64,000 nt of DNA from a virus (Duplodnaviria; Caudoviricetes): positions 67,452 through 131,451 of the IMG/VR virus record IMGVR_UViG_3300005577_000027; one strand, given 5' to 3'. Within the stretch, counting starts at the first letter, position 1; each line of letters begins with the position of its first letter. The notes under the pieces were generated by a model. The model had not been told where the DNA came from, searched no databases, and worked only from the letters and a program-made list of their open reading frames with translations. Made by a program: the position numbers and the translations under genes. Of this stretch, positions 10,674-22,025 are shown in pieces.

Positions 10674-11903
10674 TTAATTATTTATTTGTGGTTTTAAATC
10701 TTTTAATGACGGGTCAACTTTTTCACATAAAGATAATATTGTATCTAAAGATCCAGAAGAAATTTTACCATTTTGTTGTCGACCTAAGGCAAATTGATGA
10801 ATATTTTCTATTTTTTTACGTTTTAAAGCATACATAGCTGCTGGCCAAAGTTTAAATTCAGCATACCCAGCAAATTCTTTCATATTTTCTACATCTTTAA
10901 TTTCATTAAAATCAATTTCAGTTTGAGTAAAAACTTTTTGAATTGCAGGTTTTAGTCTAATTAATCTATCAGAAATTATTGGAGGCATCATTCCAATTAA
11001 ATCATCATCTTTACCTAATAAAATAGCTTCAATACAACCTCTAACAGAAGTTGAAAGACTATCTCGCATTTTATTAAATAAAGAATAAGCTATACTTTTA
11101 ATTTTTATTCTATTAAAATTCTTATCTACAACTACAACACCCTCCTTTTCTTCAGGCTTCCAAGAATTTACAGTATTAATAGTTTCATTTATATCTTTAA
11201 ATGAAAATACTTCAGAAGTTTTTAACCCATATAATTCAGTTTTATCATTTAACCAAATTTCAGGATTTTGTTCCTGAAATGATTCGTTATCTCTTACTCC
11301 CAATAATGTTAAATTTAAACCATAGTAATTACATACAATTCTATTTAATGGACTTGTTAATTCAAACATAAATGTATATTTTTTAGCATCTTCACCAAAA
11401 CAACTCATTAAATCTTGAATATTTTTCTTTCCCGAAGGATTAATATTATATGTTTTATAATATTGATTTATATACATTTCAGTTACAGTATGATCAAATA
11501 GCATTGAAAATGTCAACATTCCACCATCAATACCTACATCGGCTTCAGGTTTTGACCTAGTGCCCATGTACCAACAATCTTTATAATTATAAATTATACA
11601 GAGTGTTCCGTCAATTTTATTATAAATTTTTGCCGAATTCCAATCAAAATCTTTAGGAATTAGGGATTCTTCGGCTAGATTAAAAAATCTTTTGAACGGA
11701 AACGCTACAATGTTATAAGTATTTTCTTCTAAAATTAAACCTCTGCATTCACAAGCTAATGGATCTGATGGCCTTGATTCAATTTGATCATAGGATAATC
11801 CAATTTTTCCATTGGTTATATTTGAATATACTCCATGTTCAATGATAAGATCATTTAAAGTTTTACCTGAACGTAGATAATCTTGAACTAGTAAAGTTTT
11901 CAT
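10674..11903 (-). CDS. T4 Rnl1-like RNA ligase
   Basis: ECRGLILE, PFKRFFN, motif I KIDGT, FELTSPLNRIV, EGVVV, RIKIKS. Confidence 0.9.
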   Translation of the reverse strand: MKTLLVQDYLRSGKTLNDLIIEHGVYSNITNGKIGLSYDQIESRPSDPLACECRGLILEENTYNIVAFPFKRFFNLAEESLIPKDFDWNSAKIYNKIDGTLCIIYNYKDCWYMGTRSKPEADVGIDGGMLTFSMLFDHTVTEMYINQYYKTYNINPSGKKNIQDLMSCFGEDAKKYTFMFELTSPLNRIVCNYYGLNLTLLGVRDNESFQEQNPEIWLNDKTELYGLKTSEVFSFKDINETINTVNSWKPEEKEGVVVVDKNFNRIKIKSIAYSLFNKMRDSLSTSVRGCIEAILLGKDDDLIGMMPPIISDRLIRLKPAIQKVFTQTEIDFNEIKDVENMKEFAGYAEFKLWPAAMYALKRKKIENIHQFALGRQQNGKISSGSLDTILSLCEKVDPSLKDLKPQINN

Positions 11904-12153
11904 TTAAATTATACCTTTTCCTAATATTTTAGAAATATTCGTTAGATCGTTTGGTTTTGGGATATCTTTTATTTGTTCTTCAATATAATCTTCAAATTTA
12001 AAATTATCACCTGCGGATCTGCGGTTCATTAATTCTTCCATACACTTAATGCTAAGATCTTTATAAATATTTAATAATTTATAAGTTACAACGTATCCGG
12101 CTAAAATTTTCGATGAAGCTTTTTTAATTTCTTCATCTTGATTATTATTTAAT

Positions 12154-12480
12154 TCATTCTTCTGATTGAACATATTTTAACCAATTTTTCATTTTTTTAA
12201 AAGGTTTTATTAAAGGCATTATTTTTTTCTTGCTTGTTCCGTTTTTTGGACACTGAATATATAATTTACCTATATCTTGAATATATACAATATTTCCATT
12301 TAACATTTCATTTCTTATTAATTGAAAATATTCTTTAACTATAGCCTCACAAGTTGTATAAGATAATCCTGTATGAACAATAATTTTATATACCAGATCT
12401 TCTAAACCTTTTGCGGTTACAGGTTTGTTATCATTGATCTGTTCTAAATATTCGTTTATTCCGGGAAGTAATTTGGGCAT
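12154..12480 (-). CDS. Second HU/IHF-like protein
   Basis: TGLSYTTCEAIV ... GNIVYIQDIGKL ... IKPFKKMK. Confidence 0.55.
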   Translation of the reverse strand: MPKLLPGINEYLEQINDNKPVTAKGLEDLVYKIIVHTGLSYTTCEAIVKEYFQLIRNEMLNGNIVYIQDIGKLYIQCPKNGTSKKKIMPLIKPFKKMKNWLKYVQSEE

Positions 12481-12639
12481 TTATTTTATTTAATCAAAGA
12501 TCGTTTTAAATCAGTTTTAAAACGTTTTCAGATTCAGGATGACTAGTTCTTCATTTGAGTTCTATTATTTACATAAACTTTAATTATGAGTCTGGATATT
12601 AATAATCTAATAGAATTTGATCAACTGTGTTTTGTATTT

Positions 12640-12920
12640 TCAAAATTCTGCTAGATCTTGGATTCGCAAAACTCATCCAAGATCTGGATTTTAGATTATA
12701 ATTATTTAATATAACTTGATTTTATTAATTTTAATATTAGTGTTTTAAAATTTAATTTAAATATTCAAAAACTGCTATATATTAGTATTCGTAAACTCAT
12801 ACTAATATATGGTTTTATTTTACATATTAGATCTTTAATATATTAATATACTAGATCTAGTATATAAGATCTTACGCGCGCGGGAGCGTACACAGGAGCG
12901 CAGGCGGGAGCGCGCGCGAA
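12640..12920. other. Structured non-coding region, candidate replication origin
   Basis: Two related hairpins, palindrome ATATACTAGATCTAGTATAT, repeated AGATCT and a GC island CGCGCGCG..GGAGCG x3..CGCGCGCG within AT-rich DNA between divergent genes. Confidence 0.4.
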
Positions 12921-13163
12921 TAATTGTAATTTTTTTCTTTCTCGATTTTTTGATTTTTACATTTAAATATTAAAATTTATATATAATAAAATATTATTTA
13001 TCATCAATTCGAGATCTAAGTTTAGCATTTTATATGATAAATGTCAAGCCGCTTTTACTATTTAATTGATTCTGGGCCTACTCAGATATATTATTAAAGC
13101 AGCAATGGCAATTAAAAATTAAGCCGTTCCTGCTTTTTGTTTTAAAAGGAACTGGTACTTACA

Positions 13164-14036
13164 ATGAATATTATAATTGAACGTGGACGAGTTTGGGAAT
13201 TAAATGAGCTACCGAGTTATTCTATTGCAATTGATGGAGCAGTTTCTGGACCACAAATTGATGCTGAAAATAATAAATTTTCCTTTGATCATCATGCCGG
13301 ATGTTTACGATATTGCACACTTGCTGCATGTGAGCAAGCGCGCGTAGCAGTTTTACTTGGTTTAGATCCTAGTAAATTTACATTTTATTTAAATGATTGT
13401 GATATCGATGTAGCTATGACTGTTTGGATTCTTCAAAATCCAGATAGAGTAAAGGAACCATTAGTAATTAAATTAATTAATGCTATAGGCGTTGCTGATG
13501 CTCATGCAGGAGCTATATGCATAAACGGTATGACAAAAACGGTAGAATGGGTTAGTGCGGTAGAAATTGACTTTAAATCCGATAAGTCTAATTATGAAAA
13601 AATATCTAATGGTAATTTAAAATACATTCTTGAAGCTACCTTGCGAAGAATTGATCAATATGTTGACGGAGAAGCTGGTTTAGAAATAGCTAAACAAGAA
13701 ATTAATTCAGAATATAAAATATTAAGAAATCAAAATGATTATGTTGTAGTTCAATCAGATAATCCGCACATTTATTCTACACTTTATGCTGCTGGATTCA
13801 ATAAAATTGTACTAGTTAGACCGTTAGAAAATGATAGTTTAGCAGTTTCTTTGGCAAAAAAGAGCGATTTTGTTAGTAATTTTAACTTAATTAAAATGTA
13901 TGAAAAATTAAATGAATTAGAAGAAGGTTGGGGTGGTTCTAGTAGTATTGGCGGTAGTCCAAGGCATTTAGATGGTACAAGAAGTAAATTATCCTTAGAA
14001 AAAATAATAGAAGTAATAGATTCGGTTATAGAATAG
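13164..14036 (+). CDS. DHH-superfamily phosphoesterase-like protein
   Basis: AIDG, FDHH, DCDID, WGGS ... GGSPR motifs. Confidence 0.55.
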   Translation: MNIIIERGRVWELNELPSYSIAIDGAVSGPQIDAENNKFSFDHHAGCLRYCTLAACEQARVAVLLGLDPSKFTFYLNDCDIDVAMTVWILQNPDRVKEPLVIKLINAIGVADAHAGAICINGMTKTVEWVSAVEIDFKSDKSNYEKISNGNLKYILEATLRRIDQYVDGEAGLEIAKQEINSEYKILRNQNDYVVVQSDNPHIYSTLYAAGFNKIVLVRPLENDSLAVSLAKKSDFVSNFNLIKMYEKLNELEEGWGGSSSIGGSPRHLDGTRSKLSLEKIIEVIDSVIE

Positions 14037-15374
14037 GAATATTATTAATTTGATTATGACATTTTTTCGAACAAATCCATCTTCGAATATCAAATTCAAA
14101 ATCATGACCCACGGTATTTATTGTATTACGATGTTTATTACATACTAAACAGCGCATGTGAGCTGGCTCTGCGTCATATTTAGGTGAAGGCCAAGAGAGT
14201 TTTTGATTACATCGATCGCAAAAAAGTGCAATATTTCCAAAACCCATAGACCATTTATGGCATCCAAGAAAACATAAAAATCGTCCAATCATTTTAAATC
14301 ACTTTCATTAGAATTTTTCTTTAAATTTAAATTATTACGCCTAAGTCGTTCAGGTCTAACGAATATAAAATATCCTAAAACTCCTACAATTATCCAGGTG
14401 CCGATTATCCAGGTGCCAATAAATATTTTATAAAAACGTATTATTGATATTATATTATTTATAAACATTTTATTTTTATTTCATTTTTTTACATTTATTT
14501 TTTCGAGTATTGTGAGTATGACGAATAGGAAATTTTCCATTATTACTTTTATAATAAATAAACGGAGCTTCACACACTAAAATATTTTCAACTTCAGTAC
14601 ATTTATATAATCCATTCGGTGGAGCTATATAATGACCGTGAATCCAGCAAACATGTTTTTGCCCACAATCATCTCTATAAACATATTTATATGGTTGTAA
14701 ATCTGTATAAGATATAATCAGTGGTGGAGAACCAAGTCATGGTGATAAATCCAAACGACGATTCATGATAACCACATCATTTCACGTAAATCAATTAATT
14801 TTTTCATCATTTCATTATCTGTTCGCCTAATTTTGTTTGTAAAATCGAAATCATAAATAGGATCACTATAAGATAATTTTATTATTTTAGGACGTTCAAC
14901 ATTCCACCAATATTGGATATTTAATAATTCCTGGCAAATTTTGATACTTTCGTTCCAATTGTAATTTTTACAATCGGGATCTAAAGTTAATTCCTTTTGT
15001 AAATAAATTATTCTATTAGCTGTATCTTGAGCTTGAATAAATTCATTTAAAATAGCCATTAAGCTATATAATATTTTATAATCAGCATCAATATACCCGT
15101 ATTCATATTCGTTATCTTTATTTCTTAAATCTAATATATGATATAATATTTTAATCTTGATAATCGATTAATAATTTTATGATCAATTTTTCTCTTTAAA
15201 AAATGAAAAATAAAATACCTTATAGGATATTTTATTTTTAATTCTTCATAATAATCTTCCCACGTATACATATTATTATGATTAAAATTTCTCATTGGTA
15301 ATGCGTTATAGTCACTTCTTCCTAATTCTTTGGGTGAAGGTAATTTAAATTTATTTATTATCTTTTTAAACATT

Positions 15375-15740
15375 TTATTCAACTATAGTTTTAATAATAT
15401 ATTGTTCACAAGTTAATAAATCGGATTCTTTATCAAATTGTTGAATTGATTTCAATCTATCATTTTCACTGTATCTACTACATATTATAAATTTAATATC
15501 ATTAATATTTATTAAATTATGTTTACAATGAATATTAATTATATCTTCAAATTGAATTAAATCTATATCTAGAGCAATATTAACTACACATATAAATATA
15601 GTATAATTACATTTTTTACAAATACAATCAAATTTAGGATACCAATAAGATTCACTAATTGAACGCTCTGATTTATTTTCCATACGAAAAGAATGATGAA
15701 ATTTATCTTCTAGATAATTTTTAATTATATTTTCTATCAT
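15375..15740 (-). CDS. CxxC family protein with LTCEQYIIKTIVE tail
   Basis: Paralog of 15741..16121; H..CxxC..C. Confidence 0.7.
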   Translation of the reverse strand: MIENIIKNYLEDKFHHSFRMENKSERSISESYWYPKFDCICKKCNYTIFICVVNIALDIDLIQFEDIINIHCKHNLININDIKFIICSRYSENDRLKSIQQFDKESDLLTCEQYIIKTIVE

Positions 15741-16121
15741 TTATTCAATAATTTTTTGAATTACATATTGATTACAGGTTAATAATGCAGATTCATTATC
15801 GTATTCTCTAACTGTTTTAGAGGTAATTTTACCATCATGATTTATGATCCTTATAATAAATTTAATTTCATTGATTTTTATAAAAATATTTTTGCAATAA
15901 TTATCAATGAATGATTCCTCACTACCTAGTTTTTTAGTATTAATATTCTTCACACATATAAATAAATTATAATTACATTTTTTACAAAAACAATAAAATT
16001 TAGGATACCAATAAGTATTGATATTCCAGTCATTGTCTTTTTTTATTTTAAATGAATGACTAAATTTATTTTCTAAATAATTTAAAATTATTTCAATTAT
16101 TTTATCACTTTCCTTATTCAT
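15741..16121 (-). CDS. CxxC family protein with LTCNQYVIQKIIE tail
   Basis: Tandem paralog; shares YWYPKF.C.CKKCNY. Confidence 0.7.
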   Translation of the reverse strand: MNKESDKIIEIILNYLENKFSHSFKIKKDNDWNINTYWYPKFYCFCKKCNYNLFICVKNINTKKLGSEESFIDNYCKNIFIKINEIKFIIRIINHDGKITSKTVREYDNESALLTCNQYVIQKIIE

Positions 16122-16340
16122 AATTAATTTATATTATTGTTATTGTCTTTTAGTTTATTTTTCATACCGCCAATAGAACGACCATTAATAAATCCTTCTA
16201 ATATACAATTATTATGTTTGATTAAAAAATTAACTATATGTTCTGGAGGATTTTCTTTCATTAATTCTTGCTCTTTTACATCAATAAGAGAATCACAATT
16301 ACAACAATATAATGAAAGTGATATTGGTTTTTCAGACATA

Positions 16341-17087
16341 TTATTCCTTAACGTTTAATTTTGGCTTAAACGGTGTACCAGTTACAGTAATTTGTTCACC
16401 TAATTTACCTTCAGAAGTAAACATTTGAGCTGTTAAAATTCCAGTATCAAAAACAGCTGAATCTAAATTGCATGAATAATTATAGTATTTAGCAATTCCA
16501 TCTTTTTGAGCATTGTGGCCAGATGCAATATAACCAAATCTACCATCATAATACGAATGCCAACTTTTCCCATCAGGTTTTGCAGGAATTAATGTTTTTA
16601 CACCGTTAATTACTTGCCAAACTAACGGAATCATTCGTAAATTTGAATCAATATCTCTAATATATACAACTTCAGTATTATTTTGAATACTTTCCCAAGA
16701 CATTGAAGGTAAAACACCGGCATGTAAACAAGTTAATAATGCACCTGATGCAAATTCAAATGTAATACTTAAAGGTTGTTTTTTCCACCATTGAAGTTGA
16801 CAGGATAAATCATTTTTATTGCGTTTAATCATTTTAATTTCATGATTTCCACGGCAAGCGTATCCTATATTTAGATATGATAATTCCATTAATTTATCAG
16901 TAATAGAATTAAATTCTTTCTCACCAAAACCTTTTTCACCCACATCGCCTAATGATACAATCCAAGTATTTTTGGAAGGTTTTATTTGATCTAAAATTTT
17001 AAAAAATTGCTCAGAATGTTCATGAATATCACCAATTACTGCAATTTGTACATCATTTGGTACTAAAATTTTTTTCATTTTACCCAA
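16341..17087 (-). CDS. Calcineurin-like metallophosphoesterase
   Basis: GDIH, LGD, GNHE, HAG, SGH motifs. Confidence 0.88.
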   Translation of the reverse strand: MGKMKKILVPNDVQIAVIGDIHEHSEQFFKILDQIKPSKNTWIVSLGDVGEKGFGEKEFNSITDKLMELSYLNIGYACRGNHEIKMIKRNKNDLSCQLQWWKKQPLSITFEFASGALLTCLHAGVLPSMSWESIQNNTEVVYIRDIDSNLRMIPLVWQVINGVKTLIPAKPDGKSWHSYYDGRFGYIASGHNAQKDGIAKYYNYSCNLDSAVFDTGILTAQMFTSEGKLGEQITVTGTPFKPKLNVKE

Positions 17088-17126
17088 TTTAATTAAATAC
17101 TGATATCTATAATATCGTATAGAGAT

Positions 17127-17576
17127 ATGAAAAAATACGCTAATGATCCTGTTTTAAAATTAATGAATACTTATATTGCCCATCTTAGAGCTTTATATTT
17201 TATACATCAATCAGGGCATTGGCAAACAAAAGGCTCATCTTTCTATGGAGATCATTTACTCTTAGAAAGATTATATGAATCAGCTCAAGATTCATCTGAT
17301 AAAGCGGCTGAAAAAACTATAGGATTATTTGGGCCTGCATCTTTAAATATAGTGATGCACGCCGAAATTGTCAATGAAATTATTAATAAAGTTAATAATT
17401 TAGGTATTTTAGAACGTTCTTTAGCAGTAGAAAAAGAATTTTTAAATATATCTAAAATCACATATGAAAATCTTAAAAAATTAGATGAAATGACTCTTGG
17501 ATTAGATGATATGATAATGGGTATTCATTCAAAATCCGAAGAAGCATGTTATTTATTACAACAAGCTTTAAATTAA
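17127..17576 (+). CDS. Dps/ferritin-like protein
   Basis: HWQTKGSSFYGDHLLLERLYE ... DKAAEK ferroxidase-type motif. Confidence 0.8.
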   Translation: MKKYANDPVLKLMNTYIAHLRALYFIHQSGHWQTKGSSFYGDHLLLERLYESAQDSSDKAAEKTIGLFGPASLNIVMHAEIVNEIINKVNNLGILERSLAVEKEFLNISKITYENLKKLDEMTLGLDDMIMGIHSKSEEACYLLQQALN

Positions 17577-17834
17577 ATTTTTAGGATACTTTTTATAATA
17601 TATAATAATTGAAAATATTAATAATTGAATTGTATAACTTAATATTAATTGTATATTAAATGTTGTAAATAAAACATAAATTAACATTAAACTCATTCCA
17701 ACTAAAACTAAAATGAGATAATACCAATGTAATCCTATAGCATTTTTAGCTTTAACTACTTGATATAATTGTGGAAAACAAGCAACAGATAATAAAATTG
17801 TTCCAATCCATCCGAATAATTGAATTATATTCAT
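17568..17834 (-). CDS. PQ-loop/SemiSWEET-like membrane protein
   Basis: FGWIG ... FPQLYQVVKAKNA.GL; three hydrophobic helices. Confidence 0.8.
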   Translation of the reverse strand: MNIIQLFGWIGTILLSVACFPQLYQVVKAKNAIGLHWYYLILVLVGMSLMLIYVLFTTFNIQLILSYTIQLLIFSIIIYYKKYPKNLI

Positions 17835-17862
17835 TATATTATAATTTCTAATTAATCATAAT

Positions 17863-18731
17863 TTAATTTATTATTTGAAATATAATCCATTCTTCATCAG
17901 TTTTAATATCTGAAAACCATTGTCCATTTAACCAATATTCTTTGTGTCCATCCGGCCATTCTATTGCGGGACCATCAACTCTATGAAGATGACCATGTTG
18001 ATGCCAACACTTAAATCCATCACCCATCTCTACAGCTGGACCGTCATCTCTATGAAGAATATCCGTATTTTCTTTATACCAAAAAAAAGTTCCATATTCA
18101 TCTATTTTTGAATAAACTTTTAGCATTTTAATTTATTATTTGAAATATAATAAATTCTTCATCCGTTTTTATATCTGGATATCATCGTCCATTTAAATAA
18201 TATTCGTTATCCATAAAATTATTAGCATATTCTACTGCTGAACCATCTAGTCTATAGAGATATCCGTTTTGATACCATTCTTTATCTCCATTCCAATATT
18301 CTATGGCGGGTCCATCTTCTCTATGAAGAAAATTTGTCCCTTCTCTATACCAAGATATATTGCCACTAGAATCAATTTTTGAATATACTTTACTCATATT
18401 AATTAATTATCTGAAATATAATCCATTCTTCATTAGTTCGAATATATTCGTAATATATTCCATATAACCAATATTGGTTTTCTCCATTACTATATTCTAC
18501 AGCCGGTCCATCTGTCCTATGACGCATGTCATTTTGACACCAAACTTTAATTCTATTGGCATATTCTATAGCCGGTCCATCTACTCTATGAGTTTTTCCG
18601 TTTAAATACCAAAATTTATCCCCGGTATACCATTCAACCGCAGGCCCATCTTCTCTATGAAGTATGAAAGTGCCCTCTATATACCAATAAATAGTTCCTA
18701 GTTTATCTGTTTCTGAAAAAATTTTAAACAT
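17863..18731 (-). repeat. Cluster 1 of HREDGPA-repeat paralogs (17863..18126, 18128..18397, 18399..18731)
   Basis: Repeats HR(E/V/T)DGPA(V/I)E and tail EEWIIFQIIN. Confidence 0.9.
18128..18397 (-). pseudogene. HREDGPA paralog interrupted by in-frame TGA
   Basis: NGR-TGA(18182-18184)-YPDIKTDEEFIIFQIIN continues in frame to TAA at 18128. Confidence 0.8.
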
Positions 18732-19221
18732 TTATAATTTGTTTACAGAATAAATATTTTCCTACAGGATGTTTACCTAATTTATCGGAATGAAGTACGA
18801 TATAATCTCCATAATAACCTGTTACTCTAAAAATATTATCTGAACTGTCTTCTAAAGCAGTTCCTATTTTTAATTTAGGATTATTATCTAATATTTTTGT
18901 AAATGTAGCATCAATTAACTGTAATTTAACATGAGTTAATTTACTTTTTGTAATATTTTCAACTATATTATAAAATAAAATTTTCATATAAATATACTAT
19001 AATAGTTATTCATTTTAGGTAATTTTTAATTTTCCAATTTATTTTAGATGAATCACATAACGATGATGGTATTTCCTTATCTATATTAGGTTTTATTTTC
19101 TTTTCTAATGTTTCATTAACCTTATCATTTGCAAAAGATAAATTAACAAAACTAAAGCATATTAAAAATGCTAAAATCTTAATCATTACAGTAATATAGG
19201 TAATTTAAATTAAAATGTCAA

Positions 19222-19485
19222 TCATTCCGGATCGAATAATTCAATTTTTAATTCTTCAATTTCTTTTTTTAATGCTGAATAAACATCAATATTTAATTTT
19301 TGGGAAATAAATGAAATATCTAATAATATTTTTCCAATTATTTCTATTTTTTTATTTTGGTCATTACAATTAATTAAACTATCTAATTGTATTTTTACTT
19401 TTTCAATAACTAAATTGACAGGATCATTATAATATAATTTAGTATATTCTTCTGATTCAACCCACAAATCTTCAAAATGTTTCAT
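19222..19485 (-). CDS. MazG-like small protein
   Basis: EIIGKILLDISFISQKLNIDVYSALK resembles the MazG C-terminal helices. Confidence 0.45.
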   Translation of the reverse strand: MKHFEDLWVESEEYTKLYYNDPVNLVIEKVKIQLDSLINCNDQNKKIEIIGKILLDISFISQKLNIDVYSALKKEIEELKIELFDPE

Positions 19486-19500
19486 TTAATTCCTTAAAAT

Positions 19501-19541
19501 AAAAAAAGGCTAGATGAGCTTATATCATCTAGCCTTTTTTC
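19501..19541. terminator. Bidirectional intrinsic terminator
   Basis: AAAAAAGGCTAGATGA-loop-TCATCTAGCCTTTTTT. Confidence 0.85.
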
Positions 19542-19566
19542 AGATATACTTTTGTAGTATATAAAA

Positions 19567-20139
19567 TCACGCTACAACATATTTAGTATTCGGCCGCTCA
19601 CCAATCATATTAACCACACCATCATTTTTCATACCATTTAGTGTAGTATAGAGAGTAGCCTTAGTTGGCGGAGTATAGCGCTTATGCTTTGCCGCCGTAA
19701 TAGCTTCAAGAATTTGTCCAGCTGAAAGCCCATCAGCAGATGTAGTTAGAGCGGCCAAAATGGCAGCTTTATGCGTTACATCTCCATTTTCACGAGCACT
19801 TGCTGGTTCTTGCCCTTCAGGTTTCTTTTCCTTCTTAGGCTTTGCTGGAGCCTTATTCTTGGAACCAGCCGGACGACCACGCTTCTTTGTAGGAGCTTCT
19901 GGCGCTTCTTGTTTTTCAACGCCATCAAATGACAACTTATTCAAGAAATCCTTAGCCTTAGCAATTTCAGTCTTTACCAGCTTATCGAATTGATTTCGAA
20001 AATCCGGAGAAATTGTATAAAGACTTTGAACAGTTCGCAAATTTTGATTATTTAGAATTTCAGACATTTTAATTTTTTCCTTTACTTGGGTTTTTGCCCT
20101 GTTACTACTCATAATGGATTTAAACTGCTTTATTGTCAA
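19567..20139 (-). CDS. AT-hook plus winged-helix nucleoid-like protein
   Basis: KKRGRPAGSKNK, K/P-rich linker, C-terminal wHTH-like ATLYTTLNGM. Confidence 0.6.
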   Translation of the reverse strand: MTIKQFKSIMSSNRAKTQVKEKIKMSEILNNQNLRTVQSLYTISPDFRNQFDKLVKTEIAKAKDFLNKLSFDGVEKQEAPEAPTKKRGRPAGSKNKAPAKPKKEKKPEGQEPASARENGDVTHKAAILAALTTSADGLSAGQILEAITAAKHKRYTPPTKATLYTTLNGMKNDGVVNMIGERPNTKYVVA

Positions 20140-20707
20140 GACCGTTAAGTTGTTTTTTTAACTTATTTCGTGATTCTCGCGTAAAAACAACAGGACTTGG
20201 CGCATCAATAGAAGTCACCATAACCGGGTCTAACCCATATGCGATAAATGAAGATCGCTCAACCCAACTAGGAACATTACGGTTGTGCATAGCTAAATTT
20301 AAAGCTTGAACGAAAACATCCTTCAAGTTCAATTTCTTCTCTGTCTGAATATCATAATCCACGTAATTGAACTCTAAACGCGGATTTGTTTCACATTGTT
20401 TTCCAGTTACATCTTTTCGATCAGTTCGCCAACAAAGTAATCGACCAATAGCAGCATTTCGGGCATTTACTTTAGAAAAAGATTTGTTATCTAACGGAGA
20501 ATACGAAGAAAAAGCCGCCCGATAAGAATTACTAGTAGAGCCTTTTTCTGGTCTTAATAAAGCAACACAAACATATCCAATACCTTTATTCGTATGAACT
20601 GTAAAATACGAAATACGAATATTTGAATTCACTTCAGTTTCTTTACCAGATCTCTGATTAGTTAATTTCATTTTAGAATTCTCATTTTTTATTTTATTTA
20701 ATGACAT
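20120..20707 (-). CDS. Hypothetical protein
   Basis: 195-aa ORF in operon. Confidence 0.55.
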   Translation of the reverse strand: MSLNKIKNENSKMKLTNQRSGKETEVNSNIRISYFTVHTNKGIGYVCVALLRPEKGSTSNSYRAAFSSYSPLDNKSFSKVNARNAAIGRLLCWRTDRKDVTGKQCETNPRLEFNYVDYDIQTEKKLNLKDVFVQALNLAMHNRNVPSWVERSSFIAYGLDPVMVTSIDAPSPVVFTRESRNKLKKQLNGLDNKAV

Positions 20708-20708
20708 T

Positions 20709-21173
20709 TTATTTTCTTTCTACCCGTTGTGCTTTTTTAACGTAATTTTTTTCTGGATCTACTACGGCTATTTGTAATTCTTCTTCACCTTCATCAGAAA
20801 TGAAAGCTAAAAATACAACGCCATTAGAACAGTCCAAGTATCCATCAAATTGAATTCTGCCAATATAAAATCTTTTTGGTTTATTTCCAGGCTTAGGATC
20901 TTTTTCATACCTAAGACTTAGTTCTATAGGTAAATTTCCATGTTTAGTTCTATTTGGATTAGACCTGCGAACACCATAATATTGAAAAACATCTGAAATA
21001 TCGGGGTGATCAATTGGACAAAAATGAAGTTCTGGAAATTCATCATCAGGATATAACATAAAAGCCACACCATTTTTGAAATTTATGGTAATTGGACTTT
21101 TTAATTTTCCTAAATAATAAATTTCTTTATCATCATCTTCTTTCGGATACATATTAATTCGTGCACGTTGCAT
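20709..21173 (-). CDS. Hypothetical protein with internal duplication
   Basis: YYLGKL..NGVAFM..PELHF repeated as FYIGRI..NGVVFL..EELQI. Confidence 0.6.
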   Translation of the reverse strand: MQRARINMYPKEDDDKEIYYLGKLKSPITINFKNGVAFMLYPDDEFPELHFCPIDHPDISDVFQYYGVRRSNPNRTKHGNLPIELSLRYEKDPKPGNKPKRFYIGRIQFDGYLDCSNGVVFLAFISDEGEEELQIAVVDPEKNYVKKAQRVERK

Positions 21174-21243
21174 TTTTATTTATACCTGTTTATATTCGTA
21201 AACTATAAGTTATACTATTTAACTTATTCATACAGTAATAAAT

Positions 21244-22014
21244 TTAAGCACATGCAGGCATATTGTCAAGATCAATTATGCGGTATGTAGTAGCAGCGTT
21301 AGAAATGAACATACTTTCAGTTGTTCGATCTAAACCATTTAAATAAGTGAATTTACCACCATCTTCATGATTATGACCGCACAAATACAATTTTGGAAGC
21401 CTTGGTAATTTATATGATACCAGAGAATTCATTACTGAATTTCCAATATTTTCATTAGAAGCTTTATCTAAAATTCCATGCAAAGGACAATGAGCAGCAA
21501 TAATATCTAAAGAATCTAATTTATTAGAATCTTTTAATCTATTAATCATCATAGATCCTTCATATTGCATTTGTTCTAAATTTTTTTCATAATTCCAATT
21601 ATATTCCATAACAGGAATATAAGGAAATCCATACCAGGTAAAACCCATAAAATCTACAACTTTATCAGTTAAATCAATCGCATTTATTCCACATTCTTGA
21701 AGAATACGGCAAGGATTAATAAAGTCATGATTACCGCCACAAAATAGAAAAGGTTTATTTTTAATACATTCTTGTAATGATTTAGCTTGTTTACGAAGCC
21801 AATCAGCTTGAAAATGTTTTTCTTTTTCAAGTTTATGTTTATTTCGATTGGCTCCCCAAATTTTATTAGGAAGAAAATCTCCAGTCATTACAAAAACATC
21901 AAAATCTTTATCTATTTTTGGAAATAGAGTAACAACTTCATAGTTTTTACCTGATATATCTAACGGAATTTTATATTGACAACCATGCCAATCAGAACCA
22001 TGACAAATAATCAT
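21244..22014 (-). CDS. Metallophosphoesterase
   Basis: SDWH, TGD, GNHD, HCP, GHNH. Confidence 0.88.
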   Translation of the reverse strand: MIICHGSDWHGCQYKIPLDISGKNYEVVTLFPKIDKDFDVFVMTGDFLPNKIWGANRNKHKLEKEKHFQADWLRKQAKSLQECIKNKPFLFCGGNHDFINPCRILQECGINAIDLTDKVVDFMGFTWYGFPYIPVMEYNWNYEKNLEQMQYEGSMMINRLKDSNKLDSLDIIAAHCPLHGILDKASNENIGNSVMNSLVSYKLPRLPKLYLCGHNHEDGGKFTYLNGLDRTTESMFISNAATTYRIIDLDNMPACA

Positions 22015-22025
22015 ATGAAATTCAA

